Assembly (NCBI GenBank): GCA_032128875.1
Contig: JAVLKG010000011.1
Location: 1-64,000 of the forward strand
From: Candidatus Melainabacteria bacterium 17Bon1m
Lineage (GTDB): Bacteria > Cyanobacteriota > Vampirovibrionia > Obscuribacterales > Obscuribacteraceae
Length of the DNA: 64,000 nucleotides
Direction of reading: 5' to 3'
Made by a program: the position numbers and the translations under genes. A model generated the notes under the pieces. The model saw only the letters and a list, made by a program, of their open reading frames with translations, searched no databases and had not been told where the DNA came from. Every line of letters starts with the position of its first letter. Positions within the stretch are counted from its first letter, which is position 1. This document shows positions 10,960 through 21,144 of the stretch, one piece after another.

Positions 10960-12543
10960 CTAGAGAGTTGGTGTCGGGCGATATTTGCCGAATGCCTTAC
11001 GCAGCGTGTTGCTGATTTCGCCAACAGTGGCGTAGCTTTCCACCGCTTCGCAAATGTATGGCAGCAGGTTTTCCGACTGGGCGCCGCCGTCGCCGGTCTT
11101 TGCCACCTCGCTGAGTTTTTCCAGAGCCACCTCGACCCGCTGGTTGTCTCGCTTTGCCTTCATCGCCGCCAGCGATTTCTTCTGCTCGTCTTCCAGTTTT
11201 GGATCTACTTTATGTAGCTTGTCCTGCTCTGTTTTCTCGTCGATGAATTTATTGACACCAACCACCGTGCGCCGTCCGCTCTCGACATCCTTGTGGAATT
11301 CATAGGCGGAATCTTGAATTTCCTTTTGGATGAAACCGCTTTCAACAGCGCGCATGGCGCCGCCCATTTTCTCGATTTTGTCGAGGTATTCCAGTACTTC
11401 CTGCTCAAGTTTTGTCGTCAGATTCTCGACGTAAAACGAGCCTGCAAAAGGATCTACAACTGAAGTCAGTCCGGTTTCGAAGGCAATGATCTGTTGCGTA
11501 CGCAAGGCTGTAAGCGCCGATGCCTCGGTCGGCAGCGACAAAGCTTCGTCCTTTGAATTAGTATGCAAGGATTGTGCGCCGCCCAGTACTGCTGCCATCG
11601 CTTCAATAGTTGTGCGTACGATGTTATTGTCCGGCTGCTGCGACGTGAGGCTCGAACCCGCTGTCTGCACGTGAAAACGCAGCATCATCGACTTTGGATT
11701 CTTGGCTCCAAAACGTTCTTTCATGATGCGAGCCCAGAGCCTGCGGGCGGCTCTAAACTTCGCAACTTCTTCAAAAAGGTCCATTTGCGCGACAAAGAAA
11801 AAGCTCAGTTGAGGTGCGAAGAGGTCCACATCAAGCCCGCGCGAGCGTGCCTGCTCCACATACGCAATTCCATTGGCAAAGGTGAAAGCCAGCTCTTGAA
11901 CCGCTGTAGCGCCGGCTTCTCGGATGTGATAGCCGCTGATGGAGATGGTGTTCCACTTCGGCATCTCCTTGGCGCAAAACTCGAAGATGTCGGTAATCAG
12001 CCGCATTGACTGAGCCGGAGGATAAATGTAGGTGTTGCGTGCTTCGTATTCTTTGAGGATGTCGTTCTGTATGGTCCCTTGCAAGAGCTTGGACTCGACC
12101 CCTTGCTTCTTTCCGACTGCGCGGTACATTGCAAGCAAGATGGCACTCGTCGCATTGATGGTCATGGAGGTGGAGACTTTGCCCAGATCTATCTGATCGA
12201 AAAGTATTTCCATGTCAGCCAGGCTGTCGATGGCCACCCCGGTCTTGCCGACTTCTCCCAACGCGAGCGGATCATCTGAGTCGTAACCCATTTGCGTTGG
12301 CAGGTCGAAAGCGGTTGAAAGCCCAGTTTGCCCGTTGGACAAGAGATAGCGAAATCTTTTATTTGTCTCACGAGCGTTGCCGAAGCCGGCGTACTGTCTC
12401 ATGGTCCAGCCGCGACTTCTGTACATGTCGCGGTAGATACCCCGGGTGAATGGATACTCACCTGGCTGCCCGAGGGCTGTTTGATCATCAAAAGAGTCCA
12501 GATCTTCTGGCCCGTAGACGTGTTTTTCGCTTGTCATCGCCAT
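10960..12543 (-). CDS. Methylmalonyl-CoA mutase large (substrate-binding) subunit, without B12-binding domain
   Basis: [19 protein letters not shown] (Tyr), [13 protein letters not shown] (Arg), [21 protein letters not shown]; the Tyr/Arg pair indicates methylmalonyl-CoA specificity. Confidence 0.9.
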   Translation of the reverse strand: MAMTSEKHVYGPEDLDSFDDQTALGQPGEYPFTRGIYRDMYRSRGWTMRQYAGFGNARETNKRFRYLLSNGQTGLSTAFDLPTQMGYDSDDPLALGEVGKTGVAIDSLADMEILFDQIDLGKVSTSMTINATSAILLAMYRAVGKKQGVESKLLQGTIQNDILKEYEARNTYIYPPAQSMRLITDIFEFCAKEMPKWNTISISGYHIREAGATAVQELAFTFANGIAYVEQARSRGLDVDLFAPQLSFFFVAQMDLFEEVAKFRAARRLWARIMKERFGAKNPKSMMLRFHVQTAGSSLTSQQPDNNIVRTTIEAMAAVLGGAQSLHTNSKDEALSLPTEASALTALRTQQIIAFETGLTSVVDPFAGSFYVENLTTKLEQEVLEYLDKIEKMGGAMRAVESGFIQKEIQDSAYEFHKDVESGRRTVVGVNKFIDEKTEQDKLHKVDPKLEDEQKKSLAAMKAKRDNQRVEVALEKLSEVAKTGDGGAQSENLLPYICEAVESYATVGEISNTLRKAFGKYRPTPTL

Positions 12544-12685
12544 CTTCTATTTGTTCGGGAGTCCTAAATACGGCGTCTAATCTTAATATCAAAGCAATTC
12601 TAACTTGCTCCCATATAATTAGTATCTGTTTTTAAAGGGTGCATGAATGCGCCCTTATCTCGACTCATAGAGGAGGCTGCTTCAC

Positions 12686-14122
12686 GTGAAGTACTACGAG
12701 AACATCCTGGAGACGGTGGGATCAACGCCGCTGGTAAAGCTGAATAAGCTTTCGAAAGGCTTGAAGCCGCTTATTCTCGCCAAAGTGGAGTGTTTCAATC
12801 CAGGTGGATCAGTGAAGGACAGACCCGCCCTCAAAATGATTGAAGAGGCTGAGAAAGCCGGGCTGCTCAAACCGGGCGGCACAATCATCGAGCCGACCTC
12901 CGGCAACACCGGCACCGGGCTGGCTCAGATTGCAGCAGTCAAAGGCTATCGCTGCATTTTGATTTGCCCCGACAAAGTCGCTCAAGAGAAAATCAACCTT
13001 CTTAGAGCTTACGGCGCTGAAGTAGTGATGGTTCCGACCTCCGTCTCAGCCAGCTCGCACGAAAGCTACTACTCGGTTGCCAACAGAATGACCGCCGAAA
13101 TTCCCGGCGCGTTCCAACCTAACCAATTCGCCAACCCCAACAACCCAGGCGCCCATGTCATAACCACCGGTCCTGAAATTTGGGAGCAAACCGGCGGAAA
13201 GATCACTCACTTCGTTGCCGGCGTCGGCACCGGTGGCACCATATCCGGTATCGGCAGATATCTCAAAGAGAAAAACCCGAACATCAAAGTCATCGGCGTT
13301 GATCCGGAAGGTTCAATCTATTCTGGTGACATGGCTCAACCTTATAAGGTTGAAGGCATCGGAGAAGATTTCTTGCCGCGCAATGCTGATCTAAAATTGA
13401 TCGATGAGTTCGTAAGAATCAGCGACAAAGATTCATTCGTCACTGCACGCCGTCTAGCTCAAGAAGAAGGCATTTTGGTGGGCGGCTCGTCCGGTACTGC
13501 AACCGCTGCAGCACTTCGCATCGCAGAAAAGTTGACCGACAAAGATGTCGTTGTCGTACTTCTTCCCGATGGCGGACGCGGATACTTGAGCAAAGTATTC
13601 TCCGACGAGTGGATGATGGAAAACGGCTTCTTGCCTGCTCCGGGACACACATATTACGCCAGCGATTTGATTGAGCGCAAACGCAAGCGCGGCAAATTGC
13701 CTGACATGATTGTTGTTAGCCCGGGCGAAAACGTTCAACATGCGATCGAACTTATGGAATTGCACCAGGTCGATCAAATTCCAGTTGTTACTGAAGATGG
13801 TCAAAACGTCGGACACATCAATGATCTTGTTGCCATGCAAGTCGTATACGAGCGCAAAGATCCAGCCAAAATTGCAGTCAGCTCGATCATGGGAAGACCA
13901 TTTCCACAGCTCGACGTTCGCACTGAAATCGACCAACTCTACAAGACCTTCCGCCTCGGCAATTCGCTCGTGGTTTTGACCAAAGAGGGCAAAGCGGTCG
14001 GCGTTGTCACCAAATTCGACATCATGACCCACCTGCGCGAAGCAGTCGGCAGCCATGATGACGTCGAGAAAGAACTCGTAAAGCACACGAAAGAAGAAAC
14101 CAAAATGGGGGCGAAGAAGTAA
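12686..14122 (+). CDS. cbs: Cystathionine beta-synthase with C-terminal CBS domains
   Basis: NPGGSVKDR (PLP Lys), EPTSGNTG, GVGTGGT, YKVEGIGEDF, C-terminal CBS pair. Confidence 0.92.
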   Translation: MKYYENILETVGSTPLVKLNKLSKGLKPLILAKVECFNPGGSVKDRPALKMIEEAEKAGLLKPGGTIIEPTSGNTGTGLAQIAAVKGYRCILICPDKVAQEKINLLRAYGAEVVMVPTSVSASSHESYYSVANRMTAEIPGAFQPNQFANPNNPGAHVITTGPEIWEQTGGKITHFVAGVGTGGTISGIGRYLKEKNPNIKVIGVDPEGSIYSGDMAQPYKVEGIGEDFLPRNADLKLIDEFVRISDKDSFVTARRLAQEEGILVGGSSGTATAAALRIAEKLTDKDVVVVLLPDGGRGYLSKVFSDEWMMENGFLPAPGHTYYASDLIERKRKRGKLPDMIVVSPGENVQHAIELMELHQVDQIPVVTEDGQNVGHINDLVAMQVVYERKDPAKIAVSSIMGRPFPQLDVRTEIDQLYKTFRLGNSLVVLTKEGKAVGVVTKFDIMTHLREAVGSHDDVEKELVKHTKEETKMGAKK

Positions 14123-15325
14123 ATGTCCGGTACAGACAAAATGAAATTCTCGACTCGTGCGATTCACGCCGGTCAAGACCCCGAGCCGACTTCAGGTGCA
14201 GTAAACGTGCCGGTGTTTTTCACATCGACCTATGTGCACGAAGAACTCGATCAATATAAAGCAAAGGGCTACTGGTATGGTCGCAGCAACAACCCGACCA
14301 GAACCGCTTTGGAAACTTGCCTTGCTTCATTGGAAAACGGCAAGTACGGCTTATGTTTTGCTTCCGGTATGGCTGCAACTTCCGCTACGATGAACCTTCT
14401 TCAATCAGGCGACCACGTTGTCTGCGAAGAAGATGTTTACGGTGGCACGTATCGTCTATTTGAAAAAGTGCTCACTCGCTACGGTCTGACCTTCACCTAT
14501 GTAGATGGCTCTAAGCCGGAAAACATCGAAAAAGCGATCAAACCGAACACAAAAATGCTCTGGTTTGAAACACCAACCAACCCGCTTCTCCGTCTTGTCG
14601 ACTTGAAAGCGCTTGTCGATATCGCTAAGAAGCACAGCACCAAAGAACGCAAACTGTTGACGGTAATCGACAACACCTTCGCCAGTCCGTACCTGCAAAA
14701 CCCGCTGGATTTCGGCATTGACGTAGTCGTTCATTCGACCACCAAATTCATCGGTGGACACAGTGACGTTGTCGGCGGCGCCGTTATTACAAGCGATGAG
14801 CAAGTCTACGAACAAGTCAAATTCCATCAAAATGCAATCGGTGGAACCCCTGGTCCGATGGATTGCTACCTGACTATGCGCGGACTGAAGACGCTGGCAA
14901 TCAGAATGCAAGCGCATGAGAAAAACGCAGCAGAGATTGCAAAATTCCTCGAAAGCCACCCGGCAGTAGAGCGTGTTCTCTACCCTGGTCTCAAGTCGCA
15001 CCCGCAACACGAGCTCGCCAAAAAGCAAATGCGCGGATTCGGCGGCATGGTCACCTTCGTCGTCAAAGGCGGATTGGATAATGCCAAGAAAGTCATGGGA
15101 GCCACGAAGCTCTTCGTACTCGCTGAGAGCCTCGGCGGAGTCGAATCGCTGATGACACACCCAGCAGTTATGACACACGGCGCAGTGCCCAGAGAAGAGC
15201 GCGAAGCCCGCGGATTTGTCGATGGTCTGGTACGACTCTCGGTCGGTATCGAAGACCTCGATGATTTGATGGCTGATCTGAAAAATGCGCTAGCAACGGT
15301 GAAAGAACTGACACCGGCTAAGTAA
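14123..15325 (+). CDS. Cystathionine gamma-lyase/gamma-synthase family PLP enzyme
   Basis: YGRSNNPT, FASGMAA, ETPTNP, DNTFASP, HSTTKFIGGHSD, AESLGGVESL; abuts cbs, consistent with reverse transsulfuration. Confidence 0.92.
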   Translation: MSGTDKMKFSTRAIHAGQDPEPTSGAVNVPVFFTSTYVHEELDQYKAKGYWYGRSNNPTRTALETCLASLENGKYGLCFASGMAATSATMNLLQSGDHVVCEEDVYGGTYRLFEKVLTRYGLTFTYVDGSKPENIEKAIKPNTKMLWFETPTNPLLRLVDLKALVDIAKKHSTKERKLLTVIDNTFASPYLQNPLDFGIDVVVHSTTKFIGGHSDVVGGAVITSDEQVYEQVKFHQNAIGGTPGPMDCYLTMRGLKTLAIRMQAHEKNAAEIAKFLESHPAVERVLYPGLKSHPQHELAKKQMRGFGGMVTFVVKGGLDNAKKVMGATKLFVLAESLGGVESLMTHPAVMTHGAVPREEREARGFVDGLVRLSVGIEDLDDLMADLKNALATVKELTPAK

Positions 15326-15336
15326 AAGGAATCACG

Positions 15337-15364
15337 AAAGGGAGGCAATCGTCTCCCTTTTTTC
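15337..15364 (+). terminator. Intrinsic terminator after the cbs operon
   Basis: AAAGGGAGGC-AATC-GTCTCCCTTT followed by a T run. Confidence 0.85.
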
Positions 15365-15382
15365 TTGCACTGATTTTCAGTA

Positions 15383-16003
15383 TTGAATATAAGGGAGCGG
15401 ATTGTGAAACATTCGATTTTGTCGATGGCAATTTTGATCAGCGCCAGTGTCGTTTTTTCCTCGCCTTATGAGGCTCTTGCGACTTCGTGGAAAGAGGTGA
15501 GCGAACTCTCACAGACCGCCATTACAAAAGCACGTGCCGGTCAACTCGATGACGCTGCCCGCACCGTAATCGAGGCGACCAGAATGCGTCAGGCACTGCC
15601 GAAGAATCTTCCCTCGAGTGACCGTAGTAACACAGATGGCTTTGCCAGCAGTCAGCTGGAATCAGCGTTTGTTGAAGTGGCAAATGTGTATGCACAGAAG
15701 AGTCGTTGGGCTGATTTGATCACCTTCTGCAAATGGCACATTGGAGATGCAGGACATTTGAACACTGTCGGTGTTGTCACTGCGTGGACTCAAATGGGCG
15801 AAGCCTATCGTGCACTTAACGGACTGCCTGAAGCGGAAAAGTGCTACAAGACTGCGATGGCGGCATACGACAGTGGAAGAAGCTCGATGTCTGCGGCTGA
15901 AGTCGACCAGTGCAAGAAGATGTTTCCAGGGTATGCACGAGTTCTAAAACTGCAAAACAAAACAGCAGAAGCGCAGTCAGTTACAGCGAAATTCGCCCGC
16001 TAA
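15383..16003 (+). CDS. Secreted TPR-like protein
   Basis: Signal peptide ending ALA; TPR AWTQMGEAYRALNGLPEAEKCYKTA; probable GTG start ~15403 after GGAG. Confidence 0.7.
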   Translation: MNIRERIVKHSILSMAILISASVVFSSPYEALATSWKEVSELSQTAITKARAGQLDDAARTVIEATRMRQALPKNLPSSDRSNTDGFASSQLESAFVEVANVYAQKSRWADLITFCKWHIGDAGHLNTVGVVTAWTQMGEAYRALNGLPEAEKCYKTAMAAYDSGRSSMSAAEVDQCKKMFPGYARVLKLQNKTAEAQSVTAKFAR

Positions 16004-16030
16004 TCGTGGGCGCGCATTGCATGCGCCCTT

Positions 16031-16888
16031 TTAAAACCTGCCTTTGGCTCTCTTCGTTTTCAGTTTGGCGCTGACGCCACTTCTGGTCGACACATAGCCG
16101 TTGGAGAAGACGATGGTATCGTCGAAGCCGCCTGCTGGTCCGCGGTAGTCGAAATCGTACCTGCGTTCGATTGTAGGCAACAAGTCCGCGGAGACTGTCT
16201 TTGCTGCGATAGTTCCGGAAACATTCTGCGAAATCAAACGACCGTCCATATTGCGATGAGCAAGTTGACCGGCTACTGCCTTGTTGGCGAGCTGTGCGTT
16301 CAGGTCGTGAGACGCGAGTTTGATATCAGTCTTTTTGTTTGCGAGATAACCGGCAACTTCATGGTTTGCGAGTTTGTATTGTCCGCGGACGGCTGGAACG
16401 GAAAGTCCGGCATTTACATCGTGCATTGCTAATTGTGGCTGTGTGCGTTGCATCCGCAGCTTCGCTTCAACGTCGCGCGCTCTCAGCGAGCCATTCATAT
16501 CGTGCGTGACGAGTGGATTGCTGACGTTGGGGTTGCGGCGCATGCTGCCGTCGTTGTTGCGGGCGGTTGGAAGCGATGCGTGATTCATGTGAATGTAGTG
16601 AGGCTTCTGCGCGATCCTGTCGACCGGTGCTTTGCGCAAAAGACGTTGTACTTTCCAAGGTTTTTTAGCGGGAGCCACTGGCTTCATGTGGTTGTAGGCT
16701 GCCGTAATCGGCATCCAGTGCCAACGCTTTAGATTGGGGTTTTTCTTGATGATGCCTTTTTCCCAGCCGCGGATTTCAACCGTACCCTGAGTTTCACGCA
16801 CGTAATAGCCGCGTGCGTCTGCCGGCATGGCGATTATTGCCAAAGCGGCGACAGAAAATAGAATGTGAGCAAGGCGGGTGATATTCAT
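16031..16888 (-). CDS. Secreted hypothetical protein with short degenerate repeats
   Basis: MNITRLAH...ADA signal peptide at ATG 16888; repeats such as HDMNGSL, HDVNAGL, HEVAGYL, HDLNAQL. Confidence 0.7.
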   Translation of the reverse strand: MNITRLAHILFSVAALAIIAMPADARGYYVRETQGTVEIRGWEKGIIKKNPNLKRWHWMPITAAYNHMKPVAPAKKPWKVQRLLRKAPVDRIAQKPHYIHMNHASLPTARNNDGSMRRNPNVSNPLVTHDMNGSLRARDVEAKLRMQRTQPQLAMHDVNAGLSVPAVRGQYKLANHEVAGYLANKKTDIKLASHDLNAQLANKAVAGQLAHRNMDGRLISQNVSGTIAAKTVSADLLPTIERRYDFDYRGPAGGFDDTIVFSNGYVSTRSGVSAKLKTKRAKGRF

Positions 16889-17565
16889 TTTGCGAGAGCA
16901 AGAGGGACTGAGCCATTTATAACAGCGCCCATGAGGCATTAGCAAGTTAATCCCACTGGCTTTTTGCTTCGTGACCTTGCTTGATATCGGTTGCATTAAT
17001 GTCTCTTTGTCCTTGCTTGTACTTGGTTTTCGGTTGTAACGGATGGGGAATTTTGGGCAACTGTTGTGTTTTTACTACGTATTCCCCGCACCCTCTTTCG
17101 TAGAAAACCCCCACCATTTGGGGCATTGCGGACATGATATCGGTCATTTTTGGCAAAGAACGGGCATTCTGCTGTGAGTCCGAATAAGCCAATTCCATGG
17201 CACTTTTGAAGCGTTGAGGATTTTTGAATCCTAAACGTCAAATGTGTTGGAGTCGTTAAACGCCCGCAGGCGCTTATGACGGGCTCTTATTTTTGCGAAG
17301 GGTTGTTGCTGAGAAGATCTATACGAGATAGAGCCTATTTGGACAAAAGCTCTATGGAAAGAACTCTAGGCTTCAATTAGGAAGTATTTGGGAAGCTTGT
17401 AATTGTTCGAATGAAATACTCAAGACTTGATCCAGAAGTCTAATCAGAAAAATGGAATTGGAAGACCGAAAATAATAGATTTGTCGTGGTATCGAATACG
17501 GTGTCACGCGAAATGCGTAATCTTTTCGAAAATCGTGTTCAAAAAATCGTGCGTGTTTCGACGAA

Positions 17566-18243
17566 CTATTTCAGAGAACTGCCTTGATTGGCGTTTGGGC
17601 TATTCACGTTAACAAACGGAGCGTTCACTTGTGCGCCATCTCCACTGTTGTACTTCACGAACGGTGCTTTGATCTTTGTTCCGTCTGCACTGTTGTATTT
17701 CACAAATGGCGCTTTGACTTGTGCACCCTCGTCGCAGTTGTATTTCACGAACGGCGCTTTCACTTTGACACCTTCCGGACCGCCTACGTTGACGTCAACA
17801 AATGGAACCTTGACGTGTGTTCCATTGCCGTCGTTGTTGGACACGCTTACTGCATTCATCGCCCCTTCAATAATTCTTTGCAGTAATCGCTTTTGAGGAG
17901 GGTTTATTGAAGGATCTTGCGAATAATTTCCCAGCAATACGGGCGGGTTGTTAGCTGGTGCGTTCACGCCTTGCGGTGCAGTGCCTTGCGGTGCTGTGCC
18001 TTGTTGCGCAGAGCCTTGCACCGACGTAGCTGGCTGGGTCTTGGGAGCCCAGTTTGCAGGAGCCGGCGGATTCGGAGTGCCTGAAAATTGCGGTCCTGGA
18101 GGCGCGGTCAAAGTTTTGCCAATATCAAAATCTTTGAGCAAATCATCTTTGCTCTGATTCAAAATGTTTTGTCCAAACGCTTCAGTACCGCACATGGAAA
18201 AGCATACGGCTACCAGAATGGATGCCTTCCAGTCGCTCTTCAT
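17566..18243 (-). CDS. Secreted protein with 15-aa tandem repeats
   Basis: Signal peptide ending AFG; Pro/Gln-rich linker; five GxxVKAPFVxxN units. Confidence 0.75.
   Translation of the reverse strand: MKSDWKASILVAVCFSMCGTEAFGQNILNQSKDDLLKDFDIGKTLTAPPGPQFSGTPNPPAPANWAPKTQPATSVQGSAQQGTAPQGTAPQGVNAPANNPPVLLGNYSQDPSINPPQKRLLQRIIEGAMNAVSVSNNDGNGTHVKVPFVDVNVGGPEGVKVKAPFVKYNCDEGAQVKAPFVKYNSADGTKIKAPFVKYNSGDGAQVNAPFVNVNSPNANQGSSLK
17590..17830 (-). repeat. Coding tandem repeat, ~45-bp period
   Basis: Recurring TTGTA(C/T)TTCAC(G/A)AA(C/T)GG(T/C)GCTTT at ~45-bp spacing on the + strand. Confidence 0.8.
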
Positions 18244-18366
18244 TGAAGCCTCTCTTTCTAAATTGTGACTTGCGTCCCGGGTACGACCGAGTAGATTGAT
18301 TTTACCAAACGCTGAGAATACACCGTTTACTGCGCCTCGAAGCGGAGCTGAGTCTGCCCTGGCGCA

Positions 18367-18882
18367 TTAGTGTGGTTTTTGCGCTAAGCCTTCTGCCGCA
18401 GTTTTGACTCTGGCGAGGCGTGCGTCGATTTTGCTCTTCAGAAATTGATTTGTGACACTCTGTGCATAAGGAAGTCCGGTGTCGAGCACGGAGTGCAGTG
18501 AGAGCGTGATTCCGCTGGGCGATTCTGCTAATTCCCAACTGCCCCACATCTCTTTGAACTTGTCAGAACGCACCATTTTGTAATCGATGCGTTTGAGCGG
18601 TGTTTCTTCCTGAACCAAAAGGCACGTCGCAGCGCCCACGACGGGGATAGAGTTGAACTTTTGTTCGAGTAAAATGCGATTACCCTTTTGCTCTACGACC
18701 TTGCTGTAAGTGAGGTCTGGGTCGCTTTGCCGCTCGTGGTGAACGGCATCCCACACTGCCTGAGCCGGTGCTGTTATTTCGACCTTGCCTGTCACGCCAT
18801 CTGAGGGCGATTGGCTGAATGCAGGGCTTGCGTTATAAGAACAAATTGCCAACGTAGCCAGAAGACCGAGACTTTTCTTCAT
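18367..18882 (-). CDS. SRPBCC/polyketide cyclase-like protein with signal peptide
   Basis: VEITAPAQAVWDAV, RIDYKMVRSDKFKEMWGSWEL. Confidence 0.75.
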   Translation of the reverse strand: MKKSLGLLATLAICSYNASPAFSQSPSDGVTGKVEITAPAQAVWDAVHHERQSDPDLTYSKVVEQKGNRILLEQKFNSIPVVGAATCLLVQEETPLKRIDYKMVRSDKFKEMWGSWELAESPSGITLSLHSVLDTGLPYAQSVTNQFLKSKIDARLARVKTAAEGLAQKPH

Positions 18883-19046
18883 GAGACACTTCCGTTTCCG
18901 TGAGAGCGCGTACTAACCCAAAGATGCGCTGAGAAAAAATAGGTTCCCTATGTCGATCCTGTAAATTGTACGTTTTCCAGGGCTTCGGCGATTAGTTAAT
19001 CTGCCAAAATTGAACTTTTATATGCGGTGAGGCGGGTGTAAGCAAA

Positions 19047-19931
19047 ATGAAGATTGCCTATCTTGGGTTGGGGCTGATGGGACAGGCGATGGCGGTCAAT
19101 TTAGCCAAGGCTGGTCTGGAAGTGGTCGGGTGGAATAGAACTCCCGGCAAACCCGGCGCAGCGGCGCTACTGGCTGCTGGGGGCAAGGTTGAGAACACAA
19201 TCGAGGCAGCCGTCAAGAATGCCGCGGTAATTTTCACTTGCCTGGGTGACATTGGAGATGTTGAACAGGTGTTGACGGGCGAAGGTGGTGTTGTCGACTT
19301 TGCTCCGGCTGGTGTCGTTGTTGCCGATTTTTCTACCATCGGACCGGAAGCGGCGAAACGCATTTACGAAACGCTTAAGGCAAAGGGCATCCATTTTCTC
19401 GATGCTCCGGTTACTGGCGGCGACGTCGGTGCGCGCAACGGCACTTTGACCATTATGGTTGGTGGCGATGAAGAGCCATTTAGAAAGGCTTTTTTTGCGA
19501 TGGAGAAAATGGGCAAAAACATCAAGCACTGCGGTCCGTCCGGCTCTGGACAAGCGCTCAAGCTTTGTAATCAGATTCTTTGCGCGGTCAATATGATCTC
19601 AGTGTGCGAAGCGTTTCAACTGGCTGAACAATTGGGCGTTGACGAAAACCTCGTTGTTGACGTGCTTTCAGGAGGAGCCGGAGGTTCGTGGGCGTTGACA
19701 AATCTTGGACCGAGAATAATCAAGAAAGATTTTGAACCCGGATTTGCGTTGAAACACATGCTGAAGGACTTGCGTCTCGTGTTTGAAAACATTGATGGAC
19801 AGAGTGATTTACTGCCGGGTACAAAACTTGCGCAAGATTTGTTCAAAATAGTTGGGGAAGGTGACGGATCTGATGGTGGTGGCGCAAATGGTGCGCGTGG
19901 AACCCAGGCAATGCGATTAGCATATGAATAA
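19047..19931 (+). CDS. Beta-hydroxyacid dehydrogenase (3-hydroxyisobutyrate dehydrogenase / tartronate semialdehyde reductase family)
   Basis: GLGLMG, WNRT, FLDAPVTGG, GSGQALKLCNQ, MLKDL. Confidence 0.92.
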   Translation: MKIAYLGLGLMGQAMAVNLAKAGLEVVGWNRTPGKPGAAALLAAGGKVENTIEAAVKNAAVIFTCLGDIGDVEQVLTGEGGVVDFAPAGVVVADFSTIGPEAAKRIYETLKAKGIHFLDAPVTGGDVGARNGTLTIMVGGDEEPFRKAFFAMEKMGKNIKHCGPSGSGQALKLCNQILCAVNMISVCEAFQLAEQLGVDENLVVDVLSGGAGGSWALTNLGPRIIKKDFEPGFALKHMLKDLRLVFENIDGQSDLLPGTKLAQDLFKIVGEGDGSDGGGANGARGTQAMRLAYE

Positions 19932-20039
19932 ACACTGCAAACTTAAGTCCGTCGCTTTGACAAGCGATAAGTGACATCACGCGTTTGAGGTGCTGCTAAA
20001 ATACGACTACTAGTTTGTGTGGGCAAAGGTTGCAGTTGA

Positions 20040-20630
20040 ATGAGTACTCAGACGAGAATATTTTTCGTCGATGATGATCGAGTTGTTCGCACTTGCCTAC
20101 GTCATTTCTTGAAGAAATTCGATGATTTCGAATTGATTGGCGAAGCAGAGGACGGCAATACCGCCGTCGAGTCTATTCTCGACTTGTCGCCGTCGGTTGC
20201 GCTGGTCGACATCGGTCTGCCCCGCATCAACGGGATTGAGGTTACCCGCAAAGTCAAGACGGAGCTGCCGGACTGCAAGGTCCTGATGCTCACATCCAGT
20301 GACGATGCTCGCGACATCTTTGCTTCCCTTGACGCGGGGGCCGACGGATATGTGCTGAAAGGGGATCTTGCAGCCAATCTGGAAGTAGCTATCCGGTCGG
20401 TACGGGTTGGCTCCGTTTGGCTTGACCCAGGCATCGCTCGTATCGTCCTTGACGCTTCCAATCAGCGCCAGGCAAGTGGAAATATCTCGCAATCTGGCAT
20501 GCTATCGACAGATGAGGCGGAGTTGCTTGGCAGCATTGCGGGAAGCAGCTGTCAGGACGGTGTTTGCCTGGTCGATCCAGCTTTCTTGAGAAGGCTTAAG
20601 CGGCTTTCGCAAAGTGATTCCAAACGCTAG
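20040..20630 (+). CDS. NarL-type receiver protein with atypical C-terminus
   Basis: VDDD, LVDIGLP, MLT, GADGYVLK; tail LSTDEAELL...CQDGVC instead of a full LuxR HTH. Confidence 0.85.
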   Translation: MSTQTRIFFVDDDRVVRTCLRHFLKKFDDFELIGEAEDGNTAVESILDLSPSVALVDIGLPRINGIEVTRKVKTELPDCKVLMLTSSDDARDIFASLDAGADGYVLKGDLAANLEVAIRSVRVGSVWLDPGIARIVLDASNQRQASGNISQSGMLSTDEAELLGSIAGSSCQDGVCLVDPAFLRRLKRLSQSDSKR

Positions 20631-20764
20631 CAAGGCGACTGGCGGCGTTCATCAAGCTCTGTACTACTGCAAGCCGCAAGATGAATTAAATGCTTGGCCT
20701 ATAAATTCTTAGCCAAGATGGCTAGGATCAGCCAACTTGTCTTAGTACAACGGAGATATTTGGC

Positions 20765-20962
20765 ATGCCAACTGCTGAAACTGAAACTTCTGTGGACACT
20801 TCCATTTTGGATGAAATGGTTCACTGGATTAAAACCTTGAAAGACGTCGGCGTATCGCCCGACACTGCCGCAAAATGCACAAGCGATTTCTTTATCGCTG
20901 CTGGTGTGGCTACAACCGAAGAAGTCTGGGACGACGAAGGCGACGAAGAAGAAGACTTCTAA
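20765..20962 (+). CDS. Small acidic hypothetical protein
   Basis: GGAG RBS, 65 aa with acidic tail, followed by a terminator. Confidence 0.65.
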   Translation: MPTAETETSVDTSILDEMVHWIKTLKDVGVSPDTAAKCTSDFFIAAGVATTEEVWDDEGDEEEDF

Positions 20963-20993
20963 ACCCCGCCCGCTTCGGACACAGAATAGATTT

Positions 20994-21030
20994 AACGGCT
21001 TCCCGTATTCGCGGGAGGCCGTTTCGTTTC
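20994..21030 (+). terminator. Intrinsic terminator
   Basis: AACGGCTTCCCG-TATTCG-CGGGAGGCCGTT then TCGTTTC. Confidence 0.7.
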
Positions 21031-21144
21031 GGTGAATATTTGTACTACTCTGCGTCGACTAGTGCGCAATGAAAGGTATTTGGGATTACATTCTACTTGG
21101 CTATCCATTAGCCGAGGAATCCCGGTTATTTCCGAATTTGAAGA

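Noticed and set aside
10960-12543. Truncated mutase pseudogene or isobutyryl-CoA mutase
   Set aside because: Split mutases with a separate B12-binding subunit are common, and the Tyr/Arg determinants point to methylmalonyl-CoA.
13454-15178. Long antisense ORFs (240 aa) opposite cbs and the lyase, and similar shadows elsewhere
   Set aside because: They lie fully opposite well-conserved genes and have no motifs; codon-bias shadow ORFs.
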